A DNA stretch of 14,778 bases. Origin: Candidatus Bathyarchaeia archaeon. GTDB lineage: Archaea; Thermoproteota; Bathyarchaeia; 40CM-2-53-6. Where the stretch lies: positions 1 to 14,778 of the forward strand of contig JBEKSC010000041.1 of the NCBI GenBank assembly GCA_049517415.1. Reading direction: 5' to 3'. The notes beneath the pieces are model-generated. The model had not been told where the DNA came from. It made no database searches and saw nothing but the letters and a program-made list of their open reading frames with translations. The stretch's first letter is position 1. Every line of letters begins with the position of its first letter. Positions 1-7,892 of the stretch are shown here, piece by piece. The position numbers and the translations under genes are program-made.

Positions 1-2
1 AG

Positions 3-329
3 CTAAACGTACTTTGAGATGAGGCCTAGGAGTCCGCCTAGTAACACGAGGATGCCGCCAATGCCTCCGCCGAGAAAACCAACGATGATCAGAACAATAG
101 CCCACTCGAGTTCAGTGACACGTTTGGCTAGGATAATTGCCACTATTCCCAGAATCAAGGGGAGGAAAGCGAAGCCAAACGTCATCCCTACCAGTGGGAC
201 GCTGAAGGGCATTGAAATGGCATGTCCGATAAGTGCCAGGATGTTCAAAAGTACCAGTAGAATGCCGCCAATGAGGACGAGGTAATAGGCAGCCCGATCC
301 AACCCGTGTGTTTTAACCAAGTTTCTCAA
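3..329 (-). CDS. Small integral membrane protein (108 aa, 3-4 predicted TM helices), hypothetical
   Basis: TTG start; almost entirely hydrophobic, with a Gly-rich C-terminal hairpin (GFLGGGIGGILVLLGGLLGL). No family recognised with confidence. Confidence 0.7.
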   Translation of the reverse strand: MRNLVKTHGLDRAAYYLVLIGGILLVLLNILALIGHAISMPFSVPLVGMTFGFAFLPLILGIVAIILAKRVTELEWAIVLIIVGFLGGGIGGILVLLGGLLGLISKYV

Positions 330-390
330 TCGAGATTGTTTTACGAGCTGCTAGATAGCCTTATCTATGCTTCTACGCGGCGATGTTGAT

Positions 391-462
391 CTACACTAAG
401 TGTACACACAGAACGAAACAACACAGCGTGTCTGGGTCAGCTGGTGCGCGCGCATACACTTT
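391..462 (-). repeat. Intergenic palindromic repeat family: one clear copy (426-462) and one degenerate copy (391-414)
   Basis: Reverse complement of 426-462 is AAAGTGTATGCGCGCGCACCAGCTGACCCAGACACGC, matching the GCGCACCA-nnn-GAC-n-CA(C/G)ACAC core at 7027, 9533-9629 and 10335-10429. 396-414 (CTAAGTGTACACACAGAAC) is a weaker match. Confidence 0.55.
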
Positions 463-557
463 CGGGGATTGACCGACGCTTGCTGGATAGTTTGATGCAA
501 AGTCAAACAGTCGGCGTGCTGGTCTCTCTCAACTCGCAACTCACTAACCATTAACAG

Positions 558-565
558 TTTTATTT
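558..565 (+). promoter_or_regulatory. Putative archaeal TATA box for the ferritin-like gene (probably leaderless transcript)
   Basis: TTTTATTT centred ~25 nt upstream of ATG 587; no RBS before the ATG. Confidence 0.45.
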
Positions 566-586
566 GAGAAATCCAATACGCGAAGT

Positions 587-1888
587 ATGAAGTCTGAGGA
601 GAAAGAGAAACCCATCGAAATCGACAATCGTTCAGCCCTAATCTACACACTGTCGGACGCTGCCACTCTCGAGCACATGGTTATGTGCGGTTACTTATTC
701 GCCACCTTCAGCCTGAAACGCGAGGAGAGCGAAAGGCTGAGCGCACAACAGCTGAATACTGTTCAGCGATGGGATCGAGCCCTTACGGCAGTTGCAGTCC
801 AAGAGATGTTGCACCTGGCCCTCGTGAACAATCTGCTGAGCGCTGTCGGCGGCCCACCAAGCTTCGATAGACCGAATTTTCCCCAACGTTCGAAGTATTT
901 TCCGTCTGCAGTTCAGATGGTTCTCCTCCCGTTCGGAGAAGATGCTCTCCGACATTCCCTCTTTCTGGAGAGACCAGAGGGAATGAAAGTGGAGGACGCG
1001 GAGGCTCTGATCAACGCGCCGGCAGAGGAGAAGAAGACCGTGCAACTAGAAGGTATGATGCCATCTCATCAGGAATTCTCTAGTGTCGGTCATTTGTACA
1101 GGGGCATAGAGCAAGGCATACATGAACTAGCGAAAAAGTACGGCGAAAGGAACTTGTTCGTAGGATCACGAAAGGCACAAGCAACCAAGAAATTCTTCGG
1201 GTGGGATAAGCTTGTCCCAGTAAGTGATGTCTCATCTGCAACGGCGGCAATTGAGGAGATCATTATCGAAGGCGAAGGGGCGCGCGGAGATTGGAAGAAG
1301 GCTCACTTCGGTAAATTTCTTGCCGTTTACGAGGAATACAAGAAGATGAGGGAGAGTGATCCGGATTTTGAACCTGCCAGACCAGTAGTCCCAGCGTACG
1401 TAAGGTACCACGACGATGTCACGGAACCAATCGTGAAAATTTCTGACCCGTTAACGCTCAGGGTGGCTGACCTCTTTAACTCGACATACGAAATCATGCT
1501 TCAGTTGCTCACTCGTTTCTTTCTACACGTGGGCACGACGCCCGCTGAGCTTGAGGTTCTAGCCAACACCGCTGTGGATACAATGTATAGCGGAATCAGA
1601 CCGCTCGGAACATATCTGACCGCGCTCCCAATCGGACCCAACCTTCCTGGGAAAACTGCCGGCCCCGCATTCGAGATCTACCGTAGACACTCCTACCTGA
1701 TCCCCCACAGGCGCACGGCCTGGATCATCCTCAGCGAACGTCTTGCCGAACTCTCCGAGTACTGCGCATGGCTTAAGATGCTTCCGCAGGCACCGCCTGG
1801 GCTGGCCGAAATCGAAGAAGTATTGAAAAAGTGCGGGCAAGCGATTTCTCCGCGTGCGAAGACTGCGAGGCGTAGGCACAAGAATTAA
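587..1888 (+). CDS. Ferritin-like domain protein (VioB/RebD C-terminal-type, PF12902-like)
   Basis: Characteristic motifs LSDAATLEHMVMCGYLFATFSL, VAVQEMLHLALVNNLL (ExxH), FLERPE, IIIEGEG, AHFGKF and C-terminal LFNSTYEIML...PLGTYLTALP...AGPAF. Confidence 0.85.
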   Translation: MKSEEKEKPIEIDNRSALIYTLSDAATLEHMVMCGYLFATFSLKREESERLSAQQLNTVQRWDRALTAVAVQEMLHLALVNNLLSAVGGPPSFDRPNFPQRSKYFPSAVQMVLLPFGEDALRHSLFLERPEGMKVEDAEALINAPAEEKKTVQLEGMMPSHQEFSSVGHLYRGIEQGIHELAKKYGERNLFVGSRKAQATKKFFGWDKLVPVSDVSSATAAIEEIIIEGEGARGDWKKAHFGKFLAVYEEYKKMRESDPDFEPARPVVPAYVRYHDDVTEPIVKISDPLTLRVADLFNSTYEIMLQLLTRFFLHVGTTPAELEVLANTAVDTMYSGIRPLGTYLTALPIGPNLPGKTAGPAFEIYRRHSYLIPHRRTAWIILSERLAELSEYCAWLKMLPQAPPGLAEIEEVLKKCGQAISPRAKTARRRHKN

Positions 1889-1909
1889 AGGCCCAATTAC
1901 CATTCCTAA

Positions 1910-2368
1910 ATGGCTTCTGGGATGGAGATCATGAAACGACGAGGGACCGGGGGCGACCCGGTTATTGAAATGCTGGAAAAGGCGTCCCTGTGGTCAGGTC
2001 TGGACAGGAAGGACCTAAAATTCATAGTTCAGTTATCGAAGGAACGCAAGTATGAAACGGGAGAGGTTATCGTACGAAAAGGAGAGGGCACGGTAGGATT
2101 TTACCTAATCCTAGAAGGTTCTGTGGAGATCAGATCAAATGGGAGCACTCTGTCAAAACTGGGACCAGGGCAGTTTTTCGGTGAAATGTCAGTCGTCGAC
2201 AATCAACCTAGGTCGGCCGATGTGGTTGCCATAGAGCCCTCAAGGTGCCTAATTCTTTCTGCATGGTCGTTCAATTCGCTAATATCTGAGCATCCTAAGA
2301 TAGCGCTCAAAGTACTCCAGGAGTTCGTTCGTCGGCTCCGCAACACTAACAAGGCATTAACCGAATAG
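1910..2368 (+). CDS. Stand-alone cyclic nucleotide-binding (CNB/Crp-type) domain protein without HTH
   Basis: GEVIVRKGE, FYLILEGSVEI and phosphate-binding cassette LGPGQFFGEMSVVDNQPRSADVVA. Ends after the C-helix (RRLRNTN) with no DNA-binding domain. Alternative ATGs at 1922/1931. Confidence 0.9.
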   Translation: MASGMEIMKRRGTGGDPVIEMLEKASLWSGLDRKDLKFIVQLSKERKYETGEVIVRKGEGTVGFYLILEGSVEIRSNGSTLSKLGPGQFFGEMSVVDNQPRSADVVAIEPSRCLILSAWSFNSLISEHPKIALKVLQEFVRRLRNTNKALTE

Positions 2369-2557
2369 ACCAAACCATTACACGCTGAAATTCCGTAGGC
2401 AAGAACCGTTACCTGCAGGCTTACTACCGAGCACGCCTCCAAGTCATCAACACCGCAGATATTCCGACTTCCAATTCACACATTTCCTACTCTCCATATG
2501 GTTTTCTATCTCTGAGTTGCGAGAGGCGAACCAATTTATTGCTGAGGCCGGCGAGTC

Positions 2558-3364
2558 ATGTCGAAAAGTGGTGTTGAGATGAGGGTGGTCATCATAGGTT
2601 CGGGTGCCTCCTGGCCGGACTCCGAGAGAGCCGCCCCAAGCCAAGTGATAGTGGCAGGTGACGAATCACTGCTCTTCGACTGCGGGCCTGGCACGGGAAT
2701 GAACTTAATGAAAGCAGGCATCAGCCCCGCGGCAGTAAGCCGGATGTTCCTCACACACCTACACATGGACCACTGCCTCGAGTTTCCATCCATAGTTTTC
2801 GAAGGTTACCTCGTTGGTAGAAAAGAAAAAGTGTACCTATACGGTCCACCCGGCGCGGCGGATTTCTGCAAGACATTGTTCGAGAAAATCTACCCATCCG
2901 CACCTCAGATCGTAAGAAGATTGCGAGAAGATGGGTGGAAGGTTGAACCATATGAAGCAACTAAAGGCCTTGTATGCCAAACAGACAGTTACCGAGTGCT
3001 TTCAACTCCAGTGGAGCATGGGATTCCGGCAGTTGCATATCGGTTAGAGACTGGGGAAGGCACGGTAGTAATTAGCGGCGACACAAGACCTTCCAAATCC
3101 CTGATCGAGCTGGCTAAAGGCGCCGACTTACTGATTCACGAATGTTCATTCCCAGACGATATGATCGAACTCGCGCGACTGACGAATCATTCTGCAGCAT
3201 CAGAAGTTGGAGAGGTGGCAAATCAGGCAGGGGTTGAAAAGGTAGTTCTGACGCATTTGTTCCCGCTATGGAAAGGAAGAGAGAAGGAAATGGTCAAGAG
3301 TGTGAACAGCAAGTTCGGCGGCGAAGTTATAGCAAGCCATGATCTCCTCGAAATCAAAATCTGA
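2558..3364 (+). CDS. Metallo-beta-lactamase-fold hydrolase, RNase Z/AtsA-like subfamily (lacks tRNase Z flexible arm)
   Basis: LLFDCGPG, THLHMDH (HxHxDH), VEHG, ISGDT, DLLIHEC, NHS and VLTHL motifs. Alternative start ATG 2579. Confidence 0.88.
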   Translation: MSKSGVEMRVVIIGSGASWPDSERAAPSQVIVAGDESLLFDCGPGTGMNLMKAGISPAAVSRMFLTHLHMDHCLEFPSIVFEGYLVGRKEKVYLYGPPGAADFCKTLFEKIYPSAPQIVRRLREDGWKVEPYEATKGLVCQTDSYRVLSTPVEHGIPAVAYRLETGEGTVVISGDTRPSKSLIELAKGADLLIHECSFPDDMIELARLTNHSAASEVGEVANQAGVEKVVLTHLFPLWKGREKEMVKSVNSKFGGEVIASHDLLEIKI

Positions 3365-3526
3365 AATCCGCAGCGAGCGCGTGATAGGTATCAACACCCC
3401 GCTGTGCCACTCATTGCGGGTGTAGTCATAAGCGTAATCACGATCTGCATAGTCAGTGGCCACCGCAAACACGAAACGAGTTTGAAATAAAGGTGAAATA
3501 GCGGGTCCGTAGAAATGGGATTTAGG

Positions 3527-3537
3527 TTTTCTTTTTT
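3527..3537 (+). terminator. Possible archaeal oligo-T terminator
   Basis: TTTTCTTTTTT in the intergenic region downstream of the MBL gene. Confidence 0.3.
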
Positions 3538-3601
3538 GCGTACGACGAACGAACGGTGGATGGATCCAGCAAACGGGCTTGGTTACAGCTAGGTGATGGT
3601 T

Positions 3602-4048
3602 TTGGGTGATTTGCAGTCCGTGATGGAGAAGTCTTTGGCCCAAGCGAGTCCTCATTCTAGGAAGGTGTATGGTCAGAACCCCCTGACCGCTAAAGAGGTT
3701 CTTGAGCTAGCTAACACTCACGTCTTGATCCTGGCCGCTACGGTAAAAGCAGAAGGAAAACCCCACCTCTCCCCTGTAGATCTTGTTGCTGTCGAGGGAA
3801 CAATCTATGTGGGAGTTGACGAAGCTACAGCCCGCTACAAGAACCTCAAACAGAACCCCGCAATTACGATGATGATCGCTGACGGATGGAAACGCCAAGC
3901 CATCTTGCAAGGAGTTGCACATTTCTTGGACAGCAAAAGTGAACGGGCAAGGAAAGCGCTGGAGGCAGAGAAGGAGAAGTACGGCTGGACTACTGAAGCC
4001 ATCGCTGAGTTCTCACCAGAGAAAGCGTTCACTTGGAAAGCTACGTAG
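3602..4048 (+). CDS. Pyridoxamine 5'-phosphate oxidase-like (split-barrel FMN/F420-binding) protein
   Basis: ILAATVKAEGKPHLSPV and RYKNLKQNPAITMMI motifs. Start placed at TTG 3602 because AGGTGA (3591-3596) is a well-spaced archaeal RBS; the ORF is open from 3593. Confidence 0.8.
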   Translation: MGDLQSVMEKSLAQASPHSRKVYGQNPLTAKEVLELANTHVLILAATVKAEGKPHLSPVDLVAVEGTIYVGVDEATARYKNLKQNPAITMMIADGWKRQAILQGVAHFLDSKSERARKALEAEKEKYGWTTEAIAEFSPEKAFTWKAT

Positions 4049-4092
4049 GCAAAAGCCCTCTGGAAAAGTGGTGATGAATACTGGATGAGGAG

Positions 4093-4737
4093 TTGCGGTA
4101 TTATCATGGCGAAAAGATCGAAGTGACTTGGAGTGCCAAGCGCTGCATCCACGCAGCCGAGTGTACGTCCCGGCTTGCCGCCGTGTTCGATACGAGCCGA
4201 AAGCCCTGGGTCCTTCCGGACGCCGCAACAGCGGATCAAGTAGCCGAAACAATCATGCATTGTCCCACTGGGGCATTGCACTTTACCCGCAAAGACGGCG
4301 GCCCACCAGAAGTTCCGGATTCGGTTAACACAATTTCTATGGACCTCAACGGCCCGCTCCACGTGCGTGGCGAGATTGTGGTCGAGACGCCCGACGGTGA
4401 GTTCGTGCTAAGGGATGTGCGCATGAGTTTGTGCCGCTGCGGCGCATCAAAAAACAAACCGTTCTGTGACAACAGCCATGAGGAGGTCGACTTTCAGCAC
4501 AACGGTCTCTTGGGCGAAAACAAGACAAAAACTGAGAAAGTCCTACCGCAAACCGGCCCGTTGAAGATCATTCCATCTGAGAATGGACCATTTCATATGC
4601 GCGGCCCCTTTGAGGTACGCGGACAAGATGGGACAGTTTACAGGGGTAACAAAGTTACCATATGTCGCTGCGGCAGATCAAGCAACAAACCGTTTTGCGA
4701 CGATACCCATCTGCACATCGGCTTTCAGAGCAAGTAG
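4093..4737 (+). CDS. Fe-S protein: N-terminal divergent 4Fe-4S (Fer4_19/YjdI-like) domain plus two CDGSH-type 2Fe-2S domains
   Basis: RCIHAAEC...VFD...KPW...HCPTGAL, then SLCRCGASKNKPFCDNSH and TICRCGRSSNKPFCDDTH. True start may be the in-frame CTG at 4081, which follows GGTGA at 4070-4074. Confidence 0.9.
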   Translation: MRYYHGEKIEVTWSAKRCIHAAECTSRLAAVFDTSRKPWVLPDAATADQVAETIMHCPTGALHFTRKDGGPPEVPDSVNTISMDLNGPLHVRGEIVVETPDGEFVLRDVRMSLCRCGASKNKPFCDNSHEEVDFQHNGLLGENKTKTEKVLPQTGPLKIIPSENGPFHMRGPFEVRGQDGTVYRGNKVTICRCGRSSNKPFCDDTHLHIGFQSK

Positions 4738-4860
4738 GGTACAATACACACTTTTGCGTTCAACATGCTTCGCCTATTTCATTACTGGGAACTCACGCAG
4801 TCAGTTTGGAACGAAAGCCAATCCGAGAGTTAGGTGGACTACCCGCGGAGACGCCTAGGC

Positions 4861-4866
4861 TTATAA
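4861..4866 (+). promoter_or_regulatory. Putative TATA box for the cyclase-TPR gene
   Basis: TTATAA ~40 nt upstream of TTG 4905, with RBS-like GGAG at 4891-4894. Confidence 0.4.
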
Positions 4867-4904
4867 TTCGCGCGGCCAAACTTTGGGAATGGAGCCAAAT
4901 AATC

Positions 4905-6872
4905 TTGCAAGATGCCGAGCAACCTAGAGAGGACCGGAAGCTGGCAGCAATTATGTTAACCGACTTGGTTGGTTTTACTTCTATGGCCCAGAGTAACGAA
5001 GCTCTTACGATGGAAATCCTCGATGAGCATAAGCAGATGGTACGCCCAATCCTCCAGAGATACGGTGGACTGGAGATTAAGACGATGGGTGACGCCTTCC
5101 TAGTCGAGTTTCCCAATGCGCTGGACGCTGTTCGGTGCGCTGTTGAAGTCCAAGAAGAGAATCGCAGAGTCAACTCAGGCCGCTCGCCCGAGAGAAGGGC
5201 GATGATCCGAATTGGGATTCATGTGGGCGACGTGATACACAACAAAGGAGATATCTTCGGTGACGCTGTCAACATTGCGTCTCGGATTGAACCCCTCGCA
5301 AACCCCGGTGGGGTCTGCATTTCGGAACAAGTGTATGACCAGGTATGGAACAAGGTCGATTTTCGTCTGGTGAAGATGGAGTCGCGGAAGTTCAAGAACG
5401 TAAGTATCCCTACTGATGTCTACAGTGTAGAGATGCTCCGGGAGGAGAAGGCGGCGCAGACAGTCGAGCTCGACAGACTAAGAGTCGCCGTGCTCCCCCT
5501 TAGCAATATGAGTCCTGATCCAAACGACGAATACTTCGCCGACGGAATGACGGAGGAATTGATTACGGCCTTATCTGGGATTAGCGGACTCACCGTTATC
5601 GCCAGAACTTCGGTGATGCCCTACAAGACTGCAGTAAAGCGGGTCGCGGAGATAGGTCGGGAGCTTGGGGCCGGGACCATCATCGAAGGAAGCGTGCGAA
5701 AAGCAGCCAATAAAGTCAGAATTTCCGTGCAGGTCATCGATGCGAGAAATGAAGGGCATCTATGGGCGCAGAATTACGACAAGGAGCTGAACGATGTCTT
5801 TGCCGTTCAAAGCGAGATTGCCGAGAAGGTGGCCGAGACGCTTAGGGTGAAGTTGCTTGAGTCAGGGAAGCGGAGGTTGGAGACGGCTCCCACTGAGAGC
5901 AGTGAAGCGTACACATTGTACCTGAAGGGCAGGTACTACTGGAACTTAAGGAGCAAGGAGGCAATGGAGAAGGCAATCGAGCACTACAAGGCGGCAGTGG
6001 AAGCAGACCCTGGATTTGCGCTTGGATACTCGGGACTCGCAGAATGCTACGGGACCTTGGCAAGAACCGGCCAAGCTGACCCGGTGACCGTGTACACAAA
6101 AGCAACACCGTATATAATGAAGGCACTCGAGCTTAACCCGAACCTAGCCGAGCCCCACGCAGACCTGGGAGCGTTCATGTTTGATTACGAGCACAAACCA
6201 AAGGAGTCCGAGTCAGAGTTTAGGAAGGCCATAGAGCTCAATCCGAACTATGCCAACGCCCACCAGTTCCTCTCGCACGTGTTATGTTCGGAGAGGCGTT
6301 TCACCGAAGCCTTCGCCGAAATCAGGAGAGCAGTAGAGCTTGACCCTCTCTCTCGATTCATCAACCTAAGCCTAGGAGATGCTCTCTACTATCTGGGGGA
6401 ATATGAAAAAGCAATAGAGCAATTCAAGAAGGTCGTTGAGTTGGATCCGAATTATGATGAGGTCTACCCCAGCCTAATCCAGGCTTACCTGCGGAAATCC
6501 ATGTACGACGAGGCACTTAGAGCGGCTGAAAAATACGCTGAGCTCTCAGGGAATTCATTAGAGTCGAAACAAGTGAAGGCGTACGTTTATGCATCGATCG
6601 GGAACAAGGAAGAAGCGCACAAGCTTCTGGCACAGGTTAAAGAGCGGTTCGGGGAAGAATTCCTCAGCTCTTACTTGATGAGCATTATTCACTTCGTTCT
6701 AGGAGAAACCGATGAGGGCTTTGAGTGGCTCAACAAAGCGTACAACCAACGCGACGCGAACATTACGTTGATGAACATCGACACAGAACTTGAAAACGTC
6801 AAATCCGACCCTCGATTCGTCTCACTCCTCGAGAAAGTGGGTTTGAGTGGAGAGTATAGCGCTTCGGCTTGA
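4905..6872 (+). CDS. Class III adenylate cyclase with TolB-like domain and C-terminal TPR repeats
   Basis: RKLAAIMLTDLVGFT, IKTMGDAF, RIGIHVGDV and [15 protein letters not shown]; then VAVLPLSNMSPDPNDEYFADGMTEELITALS (TolB-like N-terminal domain); then multiple TPRs (AIELNPNYANAH, VELDPNY). Start moved from 4662 to TTG 4905, just ahead of the catalytic domain. Confidence 0.92.
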   Translation: MQDAEQPREDRKLAAIMLTDLVGFTSMAQSNEALTMEILDEHKQMVRPILQRYGGLEIKTMGDAFLVEFPNALDAVRCAVEVQEENRRVNSGRSPERRAMIRIGIHVGDVIHNKGDIFGDAVNIASRIEPLANPGGVCISEQVYDQVWNKVDFRLVKMESRKFKNVSIPTDVYSVEMLREEKAAQTVELDRLRVAVLPLSNMSPDPNDEYFADGMTEELITALSGISGLTVIARTSVMPYKTAVKRVAEIGRELGAGTIIEGSVRKAANKVRISVQVIDARNEGHLWAQNYDKELNDVFAVQSEIAEKVAETLRVKLLESGKRRLETAPTESSEAYTLYLKGRYYWNLRSKEAMEKAIEHYKAAVEADPGFALGYSGLAECYGTLARTGQADPVTVYTKATPYIMKALELNPNLAEPHADLGAFMFDYEHKPKESESEFRKAIELNPNYANAHQFLSHVLCSERRFTEAFAEIRRAVELDPLSRFINLSLGDALYYLGEYEKAIEQFKKVVELDPNYDEVYPSLIQAYLRKSMYDEALRAAEKYAELSGNSLESKQVKAYVYASIGNKEEAHKLLAQVKERFGEEFLSSYLMSIIHFVLGETDEGFEWLNKAYNQRDANITLMNIDTELENVKSDPRFVSLLEKVGLSGEYSASA

Positions 6873-7026
6873 ACACGATAAGATACGACCGAAGACAAAC
6901 TTACCGGCTCCCGACAAGACTGGCTAGAAGACTGAGAGCAATCTCAAGCTGGTAGGCTTGCATTTGTCTACACTCTCAAGCCGTATCCTCCTGGTTAATG
7001 CGTAATTCGAATCGCCATCGTCAGGA

Positions 7027-7049
7027 ATTGTGTGTGCGCGCACCATTGA
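7027..7049 (+). repeat. Intergenic palindromic repeat family, left-arm copy
   Basis: ATTGTGTGTGCGCGCACCATTGA is nearly identical to TTTGTGTGTGCGCACCATTAG at 9596-9616 (one extra GC). Lies between convergent genes. Confidence 0.6.
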
Positions 7050-7093
7050 GGTTCATTCATCACCTTATCCCGAGTAGTAAAGCAAGTTTGAAA

Positions 7094-7624
7094 TTATTGA
7101 GGAGTCTTTCCTATTTTGCTGAACATTAACCATTTTGGCACCCTACTCTGATAATTTGCATACTTCCCGCCAAGTACTCTCAACAGATCCTTTTCCTCGT
7201 AACTCGCCATCCAATCGCACAAAACAAGAAAAATCACCCATATTGCAAATGCAATCAACGAAAACTTCAAAAAAAGAAAGCCAACCAAAATCATCATGGT
7301 TCCAAGATACATCGGGTGACGGACAAGGGAATAAACGCCGGAATCCACGAACTCAGGTTTGCCTGCCTTGCCGAAAACCGCGGCGTGCGACTCCTTAATC
7401 AGATATGCTCCAACCGCGATGAGAAAAACCGCGGGCAGAAGAAGAATTGGATACGCGGAAACTCTTGCCAATATACTCGAATATCCAAAGGAAACGGTGC
7501 TGATATCATCTAACAACATCACAACAATGTACGAACCTATCAATACAATCTGTATTCTGTCCCATAGAGCATGCTCGGAACCCAATCTAACGTGCTTTAC
7601 CGGAATTTCTGACACCCCGTTCAA
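7094..7624 (-). CDS. Isoprenylcysteine carboxyl methyltransferase / PEMT-family membrane protein
   Basis: FVDSGVYSLVRHPMYLG and EEKDLLRVLGGKYANYQSRVPKW motifs; several TM segments. Confidence 0.88.
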   Translation of the reverse strand: MNGVSEIPVKHVRLGSEHALWDRIQIVLIGSYIVVMLLDDISTVSFGYSSILARVSAYPILLLPAVFLIAVGAYLIKESHAAVFGKAGKPEFVDSGVYSLVRHPMYLGTMMILVGFLFLKFSLIAFAIWVIFLVLCDWMASYEEKDLLRVLGGKYANYQSRVPKWLMFSKIGKTPQ

Positions 7625-7892
7625 TAATCATGTTGTTGAGATATTCTATCTATTTGCCTGAAGAGCTGACCAAAAACTAGTTCGATTGACCGAATTGTTC
7701 ATTTTCTATTTTCTTCTGGTTTTGTCCCCTTGATGCTGCAACACCATCGAAGTTCTTGTCTGAATCATACTTCATGATTGATCCTCATAAGGCATTGGCA
7801 TTTGCGGGAAAACATTTCGAGCTGGTCCAGGGATACAAGGCCTAGGGACGGGTGGCTTGGAAGACCACACGGTTGACCGGGCCAAAGTTGCC

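Noticed and set aside
587..1888. Violacein/indolocarbazole biosynthetic cluster (vioB/rebD)
   Set aside because: Only the ferritin-like portion is present (433 aa versus ~1000 aa), and no tryptophan oxidase or other pathway genes are in the window.
3545..3555. ACGAACGAACG shared with the doublet spacer at 9580-9590 (reverse strand)
   Set aside because: An 11-mer low-complexity match is expected by chance many times in 15 kb.
4738..4800. Further copy of the palindromic repeat right after the CDGSH stop (GGTACAATACACACTTTT...TACTGGGAACTCACGCAG)
   Set aside because: Only fragmentary similarity and the GCGCACCA core is absent; a profile search would be needed to accept it.
4662..4904. N-terminal extension of the cyclase-TPR ORF given in the ORF track
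   Set aside because: It overlaps the CDGSH gene, spans a TATA-like box and has no domain-like sequence; the paralogue at 11668 starts right at the catalytic domain.
7678..7820. Short - strand ORFs between aspartate kinase and the ICMT-like gene (e.g. MKYDSDKNFDG..., 32 aa, and a Cys-containing interrupted frame)
   Set aside because: Too short and without a recognisable motif; cannot be told from chance.
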